Assembly (NCBI GenBank): GCA_951804945.1
Contig: OX638150.1
Coordinates: 44,020,001-44,084,000 of the forward strand
Direction: 5' to 3'
DNA: 64,000 nucleotides
Source of the DNA: Podarcis cretensis
Lineage: Eukaryota
This document shows positions 39,541 to 51,500 of the stretch, piece by piece. The position numbers were made by a program, and so were the translations under genes. The notes beneath the pieces were generated by a model. It was not told where the DNA came from and made no database searches. It worked only from the letters and a program-made list of their open reading frames with translations. Positions within the stretch are counted from its first letter, which is position 1, and every line of letters begins with the position of its first letter.

Positions 39541-42500
39541 GTAAAGTTTAACAGAGTGGCTATTGTAAACATTTAAATGGGCTGCACAATAATTATCCAC
39601 ACCAAAGGTGTAAAACGTTTTGCTAAAACAAAACAAAACAAAAACATTATTGTAGGGGAGCTGTCCAGGATACATTGCTGTATGTATCCTGAAGTGTACA
39701 TGTAAAAAAGAAATTAGCAGTCTTAAAATGCATTTTTCTTTGCAACCTTGAATGTAGAGCAGGTCTTTCAACTTTGCTAAATAGACATGTGTGCGCTCAC
39801 ACAGAGCCATTTGGACTTGTCAAATTTTCTTCCCTTGCAGCAGAATAGGTAGATGAAGTTGTCAGAGTATAAATGTATTCAATGGGGTTTTATACTAGGG
39901 GTTTGAGGGACGTGGGTGGTGCTGTGGTCTAAACCACTGAGCCTCTTGAGCTTGCCGATCGCAAGATTGGCAGTTCAAATTCACACAATCGGGTGAGCTC
40001 CCATTGCTCTGTTCCGGCTCCTGTCAACCTAGCAGTTCGAAAGCATGCCAGTGCAAGTAGATAAATAGGTACTGGTGCGGCGGGAAGGTAAACGGCGTTT
40101 CCATGTGCTCTGGTTTCTGTCACAGTGTTCCATTGTGCCAGAAACAGTTTAGTCATGCTGGTCACATGACACGGAAAAGCTGTCTGCGGACAAACGCCAG
40201 CTCCCTCAGCCTGAAAGCAGAGATGAGCGCTGCACCCCAAAGTCAAATTCGACTGGATTTAACCATTCATGGGTCCTTTACCTTTACCATACTAGGGGTT
40301 TCCCAATTCTGCATGATGCTTCTGATGCCCTTTGTCCTGCTTCTCTTTATTGGATGTACCTTCAGTGAGCAGCTTGGATTTACAGAGTGTCCATCATTCT
40401 GTACCTGCTTATTTTTCACAGGATGCAATTTCAGTTCCTTGATAACCAAGTACACACAGCTAAGGGCACTTTTAATCTCCAGCTCGGCACTCAGTATTTG
40501 TTTTTGACATTGATTACCATAGGGCAGGTAGATGCTGCCTGTGGGTTGTTTATAGCACAGAGGCTGTTAAGCTATCTGCTGAATTCATAGCCAGCCGACC
40601 ATGGTTGCTTCCTATAAAGAGAAGAGCCCAGGCTTCCAAAGTTGACCAGGAGTCATCGTTTCTGTTCTGAATGGTGAGGGGAAGGCACTCTGCACTTGCT
40701 GTAAGGTACTTCTGCTATTTCTTCACATTCCCAAATTGGGGGGAAAACATCCACGTTGAACACTCCTGCAGCTGTACTTTGGTATCTGGTACAGCTCTCT
40801 GTGGGACATGGGTGGCGCTGTGGGTTAAACCACAGAGCCTAGGACTTGCCGATCTGAAGGTTGGCAGTTCAAATCCCTGCAATGGGGTGGCTCCCGTTGC
40901 TTGGTTCCTGCTCCTGCCAACCTAGCAGTTCGAAAGCACATCAAAGTGCAAGTAGATAAATAGGTACTGCTCATGGCGTTTCCATGCGCTGCTCTGGTTC
41001 GCCAGAAGCGGCTTAGTCATGCTTAGTCATGCTGGCCACATGACCCGGAAGCTGTACGCCGGCTCCCTCGGCCAATAAAGCGAGATGAGAGCCACAACCC
41101 CAGAGTCGGCCACGACTGGACCTAATGGTCAGGGGTCCCTTTACCTTTACCTTTACAGCTTTCTCTTCCTTTCTCATGGTGCCAGAGCATATTCTTTCAC
41201 ATGGAATGTTAAGGCAGGTTGAGTTGGTAGAATCCTCATGTGCTAAATGGAATTGTACCATTTCAGGCTGCAGGTGGTGTGTGTGTCTTTTTTTAAACCC
41301 CTCCCCCCTAAAGCTGTCTGTGTGTAAAATTCTAGTACACTGAGGAGAAAGAATTAGCTCCCTGGGGCAACTTAATAACTCTGCCCAGAAGCATAGGTAG
41401 AAATGAGAGAGCCCAGGCCAGGCAGCTCCTGAGGTCACCCTGAGAATATTTGGTAGCTTTTGTTCCTTCCAGTATTTTAAATTGAAAATTGCCTTGGTAG
41501 AAAGGCAACAAACCAGCCCAGCGTGCTCCCTACTGTGTTAGCTTTCCTATTACAAGGAACTTTTTACATTGTAGTCTCAGAATAGGATATAGTCTGGTCT
41601 GCCACCACATTCTCACCCAGTCTTATTGTTGTGTATGTAATGTGTAGCCCCCGTGCAGGGCTAGCAGCTTCCCTGTAATTATTTAATTCGTAAAATGAAT
41701 GGTCAGTGGTTAGAGCACCTGCTTTGCATGAAGTAGGTCCCAGCTTCATTTCCCAGCATCTTCAGGTAGGACTGAGGTTGTCCCTAGAGAGCTGCAGCCA
41801 GTCAGTGCAAAAGACAATACTCTCATCTTCATAATGAAAACAGACTTTAAGTAATAATTCTCTAGGATTGAGTGCCAAACATGACCACTGAAAAACAAGA
41901 GGAGTGCCATCAACATGCCCAGGAGAAACGGGGGGGGGGGGGGGGAATGGAACTAAGAGGGAGGAACCCCCCCCCCAAAAAAACCACTTTCCCACCCAGC
42001 AAAGGCTCTCCATGCTGAGTATCCTTTGGAAAAGGAATTTAAAGGGAAGGAGGAGACTGAGCCCCTTACAGTTTATAGTATAGCTGACTGAAAAAGAAAC
42101 ACTTTTTTCCCTTGTACAACTTGTACAATCTAAAAATAAGCCAGTAAGCCATTGTTAGGAGCAATTCACAGTGACCCTCCCCCCTCAGTGTGGGGACCAT
42201 GAAATGCACACCAATCCATTTCTGTCCCATCATACCAGTTCCCCCAGAGTTTCCTTGTTTTATTTTTCCCTCCATCATCCTCAGTCATTGGCCAGATATT
42301 CCATATTTTTTGTTTCTCAGACACAGAATGAATTATGCAAAAAAGAAAAGAAAAGAAAAGTTAAGCTGGTGTATCATTTTGAGCTCAGGCACCTGAGCAC
42401 TTTGTGTTTTGGGAGAAAGGGGATGCCAAATGTACAGAGTTTTGGAAACTACTTTTCTGAAACCCCGTTTCTTCCAGCATTGCTCTTCTCCTTCCCCTGC

Positions 42501-45500
42501 AGCCGCCTGGCACCATCTTGCTTGCCTCCCCATGTCTGCCTCTACCCCACATCCCGTCCTCGGCTTCTGGGAATCACTGCGAAAAGGCACCGGATGTACC
42601 AGCCGGGGCCGCTCTACCCTGGGGCAAGAAGTCCATGTCATCAGCCTGAAGAAGGGATTGCCGGCAAATGGCCAGGTATGGGAGATCCCCATCCATACCA
42701 CCTTCCCATGTATGAGGCTGTATGATGGGTCTTGCTACAGCTCCATTGGATACCCAAACAAGATGGCCGTTCAGCTTGGCACTACAGTTCAAGGTGTGCC
42801 AGTCAGTCAAAAGGGCAAAACTCCATTTCAGTCACTTCTTCACAGTTGTCAGGGCCTCTCTTAAGTCACAGAAGTGTTAGGTTAGCCAAGTTGTGAGAAG
42901 CAAAGAGGAACACTCTTGCGCAGGGCCTGCTTAGTGCTGGGGGTGGGAACATGCCTCACCTGCTGAACATCCAAGGGGTAAGTTGCTAGGCCGCCTTTGG
43001 TGGTATATCCTACCTTCTCTGGTTCTTTTCCAATCCCTTCTCCATTTCGCTCTTTGATCATGCATGGAGAAGGTACCTGTCCCCTTGATCCTCTTTCAGG
43101 TAACTCTGATAACTCTGGACCCAGATCCCCACGACAGAGGCCCCATCTTTGTGCTGTATTCCCGGAAGCCTGTGCGCTGGGTGTTGCTGTCTCCCCCTGG
43201 AAAAAACTGGACCTTCCAGGTGAGATGGGATAGAGGGCCAAAGGGCCTAGAGAACATCATGGGGATCACTGAGAGGGTCGTTGGAGTCCCTGCTCTACGC
43301 AAGCATAGAAGATGAGTGGCAGCTATGGGAAGGGTGGATGGAAAAGCTAATTTGCTACCTCCACAGCACTTTTACAGAATACTTTCAGATCTAGCTCTGT
43401 TTGTCTTCAGAAGCATCTTGTGTAGTAAGTTCCTATTCTTCCCATTTTACAGATGGGGGAAATTGAGGCTGAGGGAGGCTTGCCTAAGGCCACCCAGTGA
43501 ATCTGTGGCTGAGGTGGAACTTGAACCCAGATCTCCCAGATTAAAGTGCAGAACTGTTCAACTTTAATGCACTCCCCAGCGTGGGGTGTCAGAGAGGGGG
43601 GAGGTTCTCCAGGCTAGTATATTTTACCTTTGCCTTCCTCCTATCTACAGGTCTCCCCTGGCTCTAATGTTTCAGCCCCGGGGCCAGTGGCTTCTGCTGA
43701 GACCAACTTACCAAAGACACCCAAACGCCTGCTGAAGTGGGCACGGAGGGAGCATGGAGGGGTCACCTCTCTGGCTGAATACCGTGGAGTCAACAGAATC
43801 TACACACGCCTGGGGGCTGGCATGGGCAATGAGGGTAGATATCGGCTCTGAGGGAAAGGGTGGCATTATGGCTGTGTGTCCTACAATTCCCCATCCCTGG
43901 CCACTGGCCACCCTGGCTGGGGCTGATTGGAGTTGCAGTCCAGCAACATATGGAGAGACACAGGTTCCCCACTTTCGCTACTGCAGTGTGATAAGCAGGA
44001 GGAGGGCAGGCAGCTGGTCTTTTGGGTCCTGGGCTAATGCAGTAACTTTGCAGAAGTTGTGCAGGTCTGGGTCTGGTCAGTGCCTGGAAGGGAGACCATC
44101 CAGGAAGGAAAGATCTGTGCACTGCAATCATAGAGGGAAGATGGAATATACCGGTATACACGGTACAGATAAATAAGACTCACCAGTATCAACTGGAGAG
44201 CAGTTGCCAAAGAGTTTGCATTGCTTGCAAAAAAAAAAAGAGTAAATCGCAGCAGCTCTTCTGTGACCATTCAGTCCAGATACTTCATTCCTTTCCTTCT
44301 CCAGATAGGATTGCCCCAGCCGCTTGCAGATTAAGTAGGAATTTCCTGACCCCAGTGCACTTTGCCTCCAAGTGCCAACTCCAGCCTCTGAGAGTTTGCC
44401 TGCATCCTGACCCTCCGCAAGTCCTTGAAGTTCACATCATCCTCTCCAAAGGAGTTGCACCAAGGTGCGTGCCAGGGAGGCATCGCCAGAGCTTCAGCAT
44501 GTGGCTGTTGAACCCGGGGGGGGGGAGCAGGGGGTTGGCAAAATGTTCATAATGAGATGCCATGTCTTGAACAGGGAGGTTGAAATTGTTCTTAGTGTAG
44601 ATGGGGAAGGGGGATGGTGAGGAAGAATGAAACCTATGCAAGAGGCTGCCTATGATAAGTGACCCTTGTGTTAAAATGGATAAGATATAATAAACAGGAA
44701 CATGGAAGCTGGTTCATCTAGCCTGGTACTGCTGACACAGACTGGCAGCAGATCTCCCATGTCTTTCTCAGCTCTGTCTGGAGATGATGGGGATCGAATC
44801 TCTGACCTTCTGCATGCAGAGCAGTTGCCCTGCCACTTAGCTACGGCACTTCCCCCGAAAGTCAAGGCCAGATGGACACTGAGCCAAAAACGAGTAGCGA
44901 CAGTGGCTGGTATTAGGCCTTGAATATTGGGCAGGGATCTGTGAGTTGGGGGACGGGTGGCGTGGGGCTTCACTGGCTTCCATCATGTGCTTAATCCTGT
45001 TGGGGGGGGGCAGCCTGCTCTCTTCTAGGCCCACCCTGGCTCATTTGACTGTGGAACTTCATGCTGTCCGAAGGCCCCCCCACTGGGGACTGATCTTGAT
45101 ACTGAAGAGTGAGGGAGCTGCTGAGTGGATGGTTCACACCCACCGCCTCACTGGCCGGCTGCACGTACTGGTAGGGGCAGGACCTGCTCTGGGTATAGAT
45201 CTGTAACGCTCTAGGCCAGCTAATACACTTCTCTCTCTCCCCCTCCCCAAGTTGGTGGCAGTGGCACACATCTGGAAGGGAGCAGGGCACACATGTGCTC
45301 AAAGCCAGATACAGTGGTACCTCGGGTTACAGACGCTTCAGGTTCCAGACGCTTCAGGTTCCAGACTCTGCTAACCCAGAAATAGTACCTCAGGTTAAGA
45401 ACTTTGCTTCAGGATGAGAACAGAAATCATGCGATGGCGGCGCAGCGGCAGCGGGAGGCCCCATTAGCTAAAATGGTACCTAAGGTTAAGAACAGTTTCA

Positions 45501-48500
45501 GGTTAAGAATGGACCTCCGGAACGAATTAAGCTCTTAACCTGAGGTACCACTGTATCGCCAAGTGTGTCATCAACATCAGTACAAAACTGGGTGGGATTT
45601 ATTCCTTAATTAACCTGAGGTACCACTGTAGATGCATTATGCAGAATTGCAACCTTTCCTAGTGGAAGCAGTTTGGTAATTTTAGATGCTTGGCTTCATG
45701 CTATTATAAGGGTTATATTATGGAGGGTTCATTCTGCTAACTCCTGCCTTCACAGGCCCACTAGTGAGCTTTACCAACCCTCTTCCATAAGCGTCCCCTG
45801 CATTCTCCCTATAACTCTAGGTTTGCCTCCTCCTCCTCCAGCCTTATTTTTTTTTTTTTGCTAAAGTGAGCCAAGGAGTCTTACTTCCTGGCTCCAACTC
45901 TCCACCCCACTAGGCTACTCCCTCTTGGGAGTCTGTCTCCATGCTGCCATTTGATTCCCCTGGACCGTCTCTTGTTTATGGTGTGCCTGTTGCTGCTGCT
46001 CTCCATGTCTGGGCCTTGTATTGTAACTCAGGCTGGGATTCCTTTCTAGGCTTCGCACAAAGTCACAGTCAGCAGCACAGAAATGGATCTGCCTCTGACT
46101 GTGACCCAGCGGACGTCCCCTCGGCTGATGACCCTCGACCCTTTGCAGTTTGCAACGGAGCAGAATCTGCCTGCCTTTACATCCTACGTTGAGGCTGAGC
46201 GGGTGAACAGGTTTCTCCTTTTTGTTGGGATGAATGGTAGGTTTGGAGGGATTCAATGGACATGAATGGGAAAAGTGCCCACCAGAGAGCTTAGAGGCAA
46301 ACCACTAGTGACCGCTGCAGTAGATTCCTGGCATTTATATTCCAGTTCCTCCTGCACCATTTTACCCTAGGGTATACAACCTCAGTTTTATTTTAGGAAT
46401 GCACCAAATCAAAACATTTTCAGCATGAAAAGTATGCTTCCAAGGGGGCTGAAATGGTACACACCCAGCCAAAGCATATATTTTGGTGCTTGTTAACAGA
46501 TATTTTGCTGCTTCAGTGCCATTTTCCCAAACCCTTTTGAGAGCTTATTTCCTAGTCGTTATGTGATCTCAGCCAATCAGGATTCACGTAGGGATGATAA
46601 ATGGCATCAAATAGGCAATCAGCTGTGGCTACAATGGTAAAATCAAGAAGGGCAAATGAAACTGCATTGCATTCTGAATGCTGAGCCCGTGGAAGAGAAC
46701 AGGAAGGCGTGCCATATTATGTCAGAATGTGCAGACCTTTCACTTAGGTAACAGAAGGAATAGATACAGGGTTGCCTCACAGGCCTCTGTGAGCTGGGCA
46801 CATGTGTCCTTTGGGGCCACACTGGTGATGCTTGGAATAGATCATATTCTGATTAACAGCAGCAGTGTATAAGGCATATGATTGCATCACACCCACACAC
46901 CTGTATTTCCTTTGTAGGGGCCACACCTCCTCTAGAAGAGCCAACACTCTTTTGGCCCATATTTCTGCATCCTCCCAGTTTCACAGCCTCTCAACAGGAC
47001 TTTGCAGAAGCCAACACAGCTGGCGGGGAGGTGACAAGGCAAGACTTTGGGGGAGAGGATGGTTCCGTTACCTACCCACCGTCTACAGCCAAAGCAGAGG
47101 GGACAGAATCTATCTTGTGTCTTGGGGACCGTAAGCCTATTCTTGAAAACCAGGACACTCAGAGAGTGAGTAGCCAAGGATGACATCTCCAGAAGGACAG
47201 AGGGAATCTATTTCCTACAGTGCCATTTCATGTGGATGTGGATGGATGGGTATTCTCTTGCCGTTGTACATCAATACCGCTCCACAGACCTGTTTTTCTC
47301 CTGCAGGTCTCCTGTGTTTCACCTTCTCCAACCCAGATATCTCCTTCAGAAGCCGCAACGGCCTTCCAGGATCCCCACCTTCACCTTGGCAATGCCCTCA
47401 TTAACCTAGAGCTCTACAACACAGAGGCTTTTGCCAAGCAACTTGGACCTTTTGTCGTCTCAGCCAACAGCCTTGTCTTTGTGGAGGTAAAGCGGACGAT
47501 GAATATGCAAGAGCTGGCATTGGACGCAGCAGTTACACGCCAGAATCTTGTCCCTAAGTGATTCCTCCTCTGTCCAGAGATCTGGTGGTTTGCAGCACTC
47601 CCTGTTTCTCTCAGAGCCTCAAACAGGGCAGTTGACCTGCTTGTTGCTTTATGGGGGGGTGATAAACTTACACTGTAGCTCTCAAAGGGACGAAGTAACA
47701 GGGGTGATTTGCCATCACGTTTTACCAGCTTAGAAGGGCAACGTGCATCCCAGGGAAGGTCATGATTTTGTAAGCAAAACAGCAAGGAATAGACTTAGCA
47801 GATTTCATACTGCGGCCCAATTCAAGGTCCAACTTTATGGTTGGTTGGCAATGAAAAAATAGGTATAAAAAGACAATTCCTGGATGCCAAGAGCCAAGAT
47901 TGGGGCAAGTATTCTTTGGTGAGAGAACCCCAGCAGAAATTTAAAACAACAAACATCTAGCAAAGAAAAGCATGGAAATATAGGTTGTTATTCTTAGAAT
48001 ATGACTTTCTAAGTTCCTTCCAAATTTCCCTCTTCTTCTGGCATAGAAAATACCATGTGTGTGGCAAGTTCAAAATGGTTTACTTACAGACTCTGCAATG
48101 ATCAGATTCATGTGCTTTTCAGTGCAGCATTCAGAAAACGTTGGCAGCAAAACTGGCACTTGTGTTTGCAGACTAGATGGTGTTTCCTTTTTCCTCCAGG
48201 CTTCCTTGGCAACCTATGACTTGTCTCTCAGCTTCACCATCCAGAAGTGCTTCATCTCTAGCTCCTCAGATGCTTCAGAGGCCTCAGCGTATCTGCTGGT
48301 CCAGCACGGCTGTCCTGTGGCCGCCGCCCAAGTCAGGCTGTGGAAACCCGAGCTGCCAGGCCAGGCCCAGGCGTTGCCTCTGGGGTACCAGGAACGCCAG
48401 CGACTGAGCTTTGTGTTGAAGCCACGGTCCAATGCCTCCATCCACTTCTTGCACTGCCGTCTGACGCTCTGCAGCAGGGGTTCTCAGGACTCCGCCAGAC

Positions 48501-51500
48501 CCAAGGGCGCAATCCCCAAGGTCTCTGGCTCCCTGGGCTAGGGAACCCTGTCTTCTAGCAGCTATCTGAGGGCCTGATAGCGCTACTGCTTCAGAATAGG
48601 CTCTCCTGATTGGGGATGCTTATGGAGGAAACTGATATGCCACTGCAAGCTCTCCACTTGGCCCAGAAGTAGCCAAAATGGTGCCCTCTGCTCAATGAGG
48701 ATGCTGGCTTCCCAATTGCCAGCACCTCAGCTAGCATGGCCATTGGCCAGGGGTGATGAAAATTGTAGTCAATTGGTATCTAGGGGGGCACCATGTTGGC
48801 TTATTATTATTGCCTCCTCTGAACAGCAATATCTCTCAAGTGTTTCAAGCAGAGGTATTTCCTTTGATGTTTGACTGGGGGTTGAATGGGGGCCCCTCTG
48901 TGTGCTTTGCCCCTTAGCTATGACTGGCCCCTTCCAGAAATCCTTGGTCCATCTCTGCTCTGAGGGTGGAAAGGGTGGTGCCTAAGAAAAGATGGAATAA
49001 AGAGGAAAGCGAAACCCCTTGGAGGGGTGAAAACCCTCTGGAATGGGTCTGTGCAAAAGAGCCTCCCAGTTAGCTGTAGAAATGAGCTGGCTGGGCTTAT
49101 GGAGAAGCAGGTGGGATTAACTGGGCCAAGGCCTAGCTCCCATTGCTGGGATGAGGCACTCTTCTGAGGCAGGTTTTTGTTTCAGTGTCAGTCTGAGAAC
49201 GAGGCCTGCAGGGGAGAAGAGGAGGCGGTCCCAAGCCGCTTCCAGCGCACCATCACAAAGCCTATGCTAGTGACTGTGGAGACTCCGCTCAGAGCTGCCT
49301 CTCCTGGCCCGAAACCAGGTACTTTCCTGTGGGTTCTAGATAGCAGCCAGGAGAGAGCAGTTGGCTTGAAGGCCTTGCAGTTCAGCACCCTGGCTCCATG
49401 CTGGAGAAAACTGTCCTGCAGAGTGAGTGAGGAACTGAAAGAAACTGATGGGGGAGTCCTGCTTGCTGGGGAGATGGAAGTGTCTCCTTGTGCATCTCTC
49501 CAGAGCAGAGGTGGTGGACCTGTAGCCCTCTAGATATTCTTGGACTCCAGCTCCCATCACCTCAAGCCACCATGGCCAATGGCAAGGGATGATGGGGCTT
49601 GTAGTTCACCAGCATCTCCTACCCAGGAGATGGATGCCTTGGATCTCACCATGCTACAAGCCCAGACTTTGCCAATGGCATCTTACATGTTCATCCTGAG
49701 TGAAGCAAAGTAGCAATGATGGGCAGAGTTATGCACTCATTTCTTTTCTCCCCCTTGCCACCCGGAGGCTATTTTCTTCAGACACTCCCTCAGATTATCT
49801 GTTCCTTCCTTGACTTTGGTGTCTTTTTCTGCAGCTAAGGTCCCAGACAAACAACAAGGAAAAGCACCAAAGGATGCAGCCCACAAGCGGAAGACTCAGG
49901 TAGTCCGAAGTAAGTAAACATCCCCATGCTCTCTTGCTGGCCTTGTTTCCCAGGGATTTGGGGACTGAAATTGGTTTTAGACTGGAATTCTACTCTTGGC
50001 TCTAGGGGGGGGGGGAGTGGAGTTGAGGATTCCTGCAGCTGTGGGCTAGAGCAAGAACTCTGATCCTCAGACTTTTTCATTCTGTATTACCCCATTTCGG
50101 GCCCTGGCCCATCTCCCCTTCCTGGACAGAGAGTGAGAACGAATTTTTGTGCTCCTTCTCCACACATCCTCCCCATATCCCGCTTCTCTGTAGCTGCAGC
50201 TGCGCCAGGCCAGACGGTCCCCGCAGTAATTGGGATAGCTATTGCAGCCTTCCTCATCGGCATCTGCCTCACTATTGGGCTCTGGTTCATTTACACCTAT
50301 ACAGGTAGGTATAGAGAGGGTCCCCTCACTGCTGTAGGTACCATCTATTTTACTTGAATGGTTGATTTTTGGCAAAGCCTGCGGAAGCACACCTTAGCAT
50401 TTCTGTAAAGGGAGACTGGGCCACATGTCCGAGATGGGAAAACTCTAAATTATAGATCATGACACCTTTCCTCAACCTATTGCCTTCCAGCTGTTTTGGA
50501 TTTTAGCTCTCATCACTAGCTAGCCATGCTTGCTGGGCCTGGAGTTGTTCTCTCAAGCATCTGGAGGGCACCAGGTTGGGGCTGGTTGGCTTTTGCCAAA
50601 TGTCTGCCTCCATCTCTTCCGTCAGAGCCAGAATATGCATTATGCAGTCACATGTACCAAGGTTGAGTTACAGTAGGGCATGGATCTTGGGGTGGAAGCT
50701 GGCAGCCAAATGATTCCCATTGCCGTTGGCTTCTAGGAAGGATCATAGAGTGGGAAACATGACCTTTAGGCGATCGAAGATGCAGCAGCTGAAATACATA
50801 TTGGAATCAATGTTACAAAAAAGTCTGGAGGGGGATTATGTGTCTAGGAAATTCACATCATTATTCATATTGGTCTGCTTTTGCACATTTGTACTTGTCC
50901 ACCCATCCACCATGGAAAAAATAAAGAAATAGAAACAGAACAAATAGGATGATAAAAAGGCCAGACAGCCAAAGGAGGAAAGTAAAGGTCAGAGGGGAGG
51001 GAGAGGGATTTATGTGCACATCCATGATATTGATCCCAGTCTGCTTTTTATTTCTGGTTATTTTTTATTATTAGACAGTGCACATGCATTTTCACACCTT
51101 TCTCTGAAATGAGGCGGTCTGAACAAAGCTTTAATTACTAAATTTTAATGCCAGCCTTGAACTTGTAGGTGAGTCGGCTTCCGGGAGGAGGAGCCAGCCT
51201 GCAGCTGAGACTGGTAAGGTGACACATTGGCTTTTGAGAAATCCTTCATTTGAGCAGAGGCTTTGATTCTGCACTCATTTCCATCTCTGGCTGTGAATGG
51301 AATCGGTGGTGCACACTTATAATAACTTTTAATTATTTTTCAATGTTTAATTGTTTCAAACTGGTTCTTTAGTTGATAATTTCAACATTATAAGCACCTT
51401 AGAGGTTTGACTACAACTAAACAGTATACAAAATTTGTTAAATAATAATGAATGCATATTGCATGTGTGTCCAGTTCAGCAACCACAGGCACATATGCAC

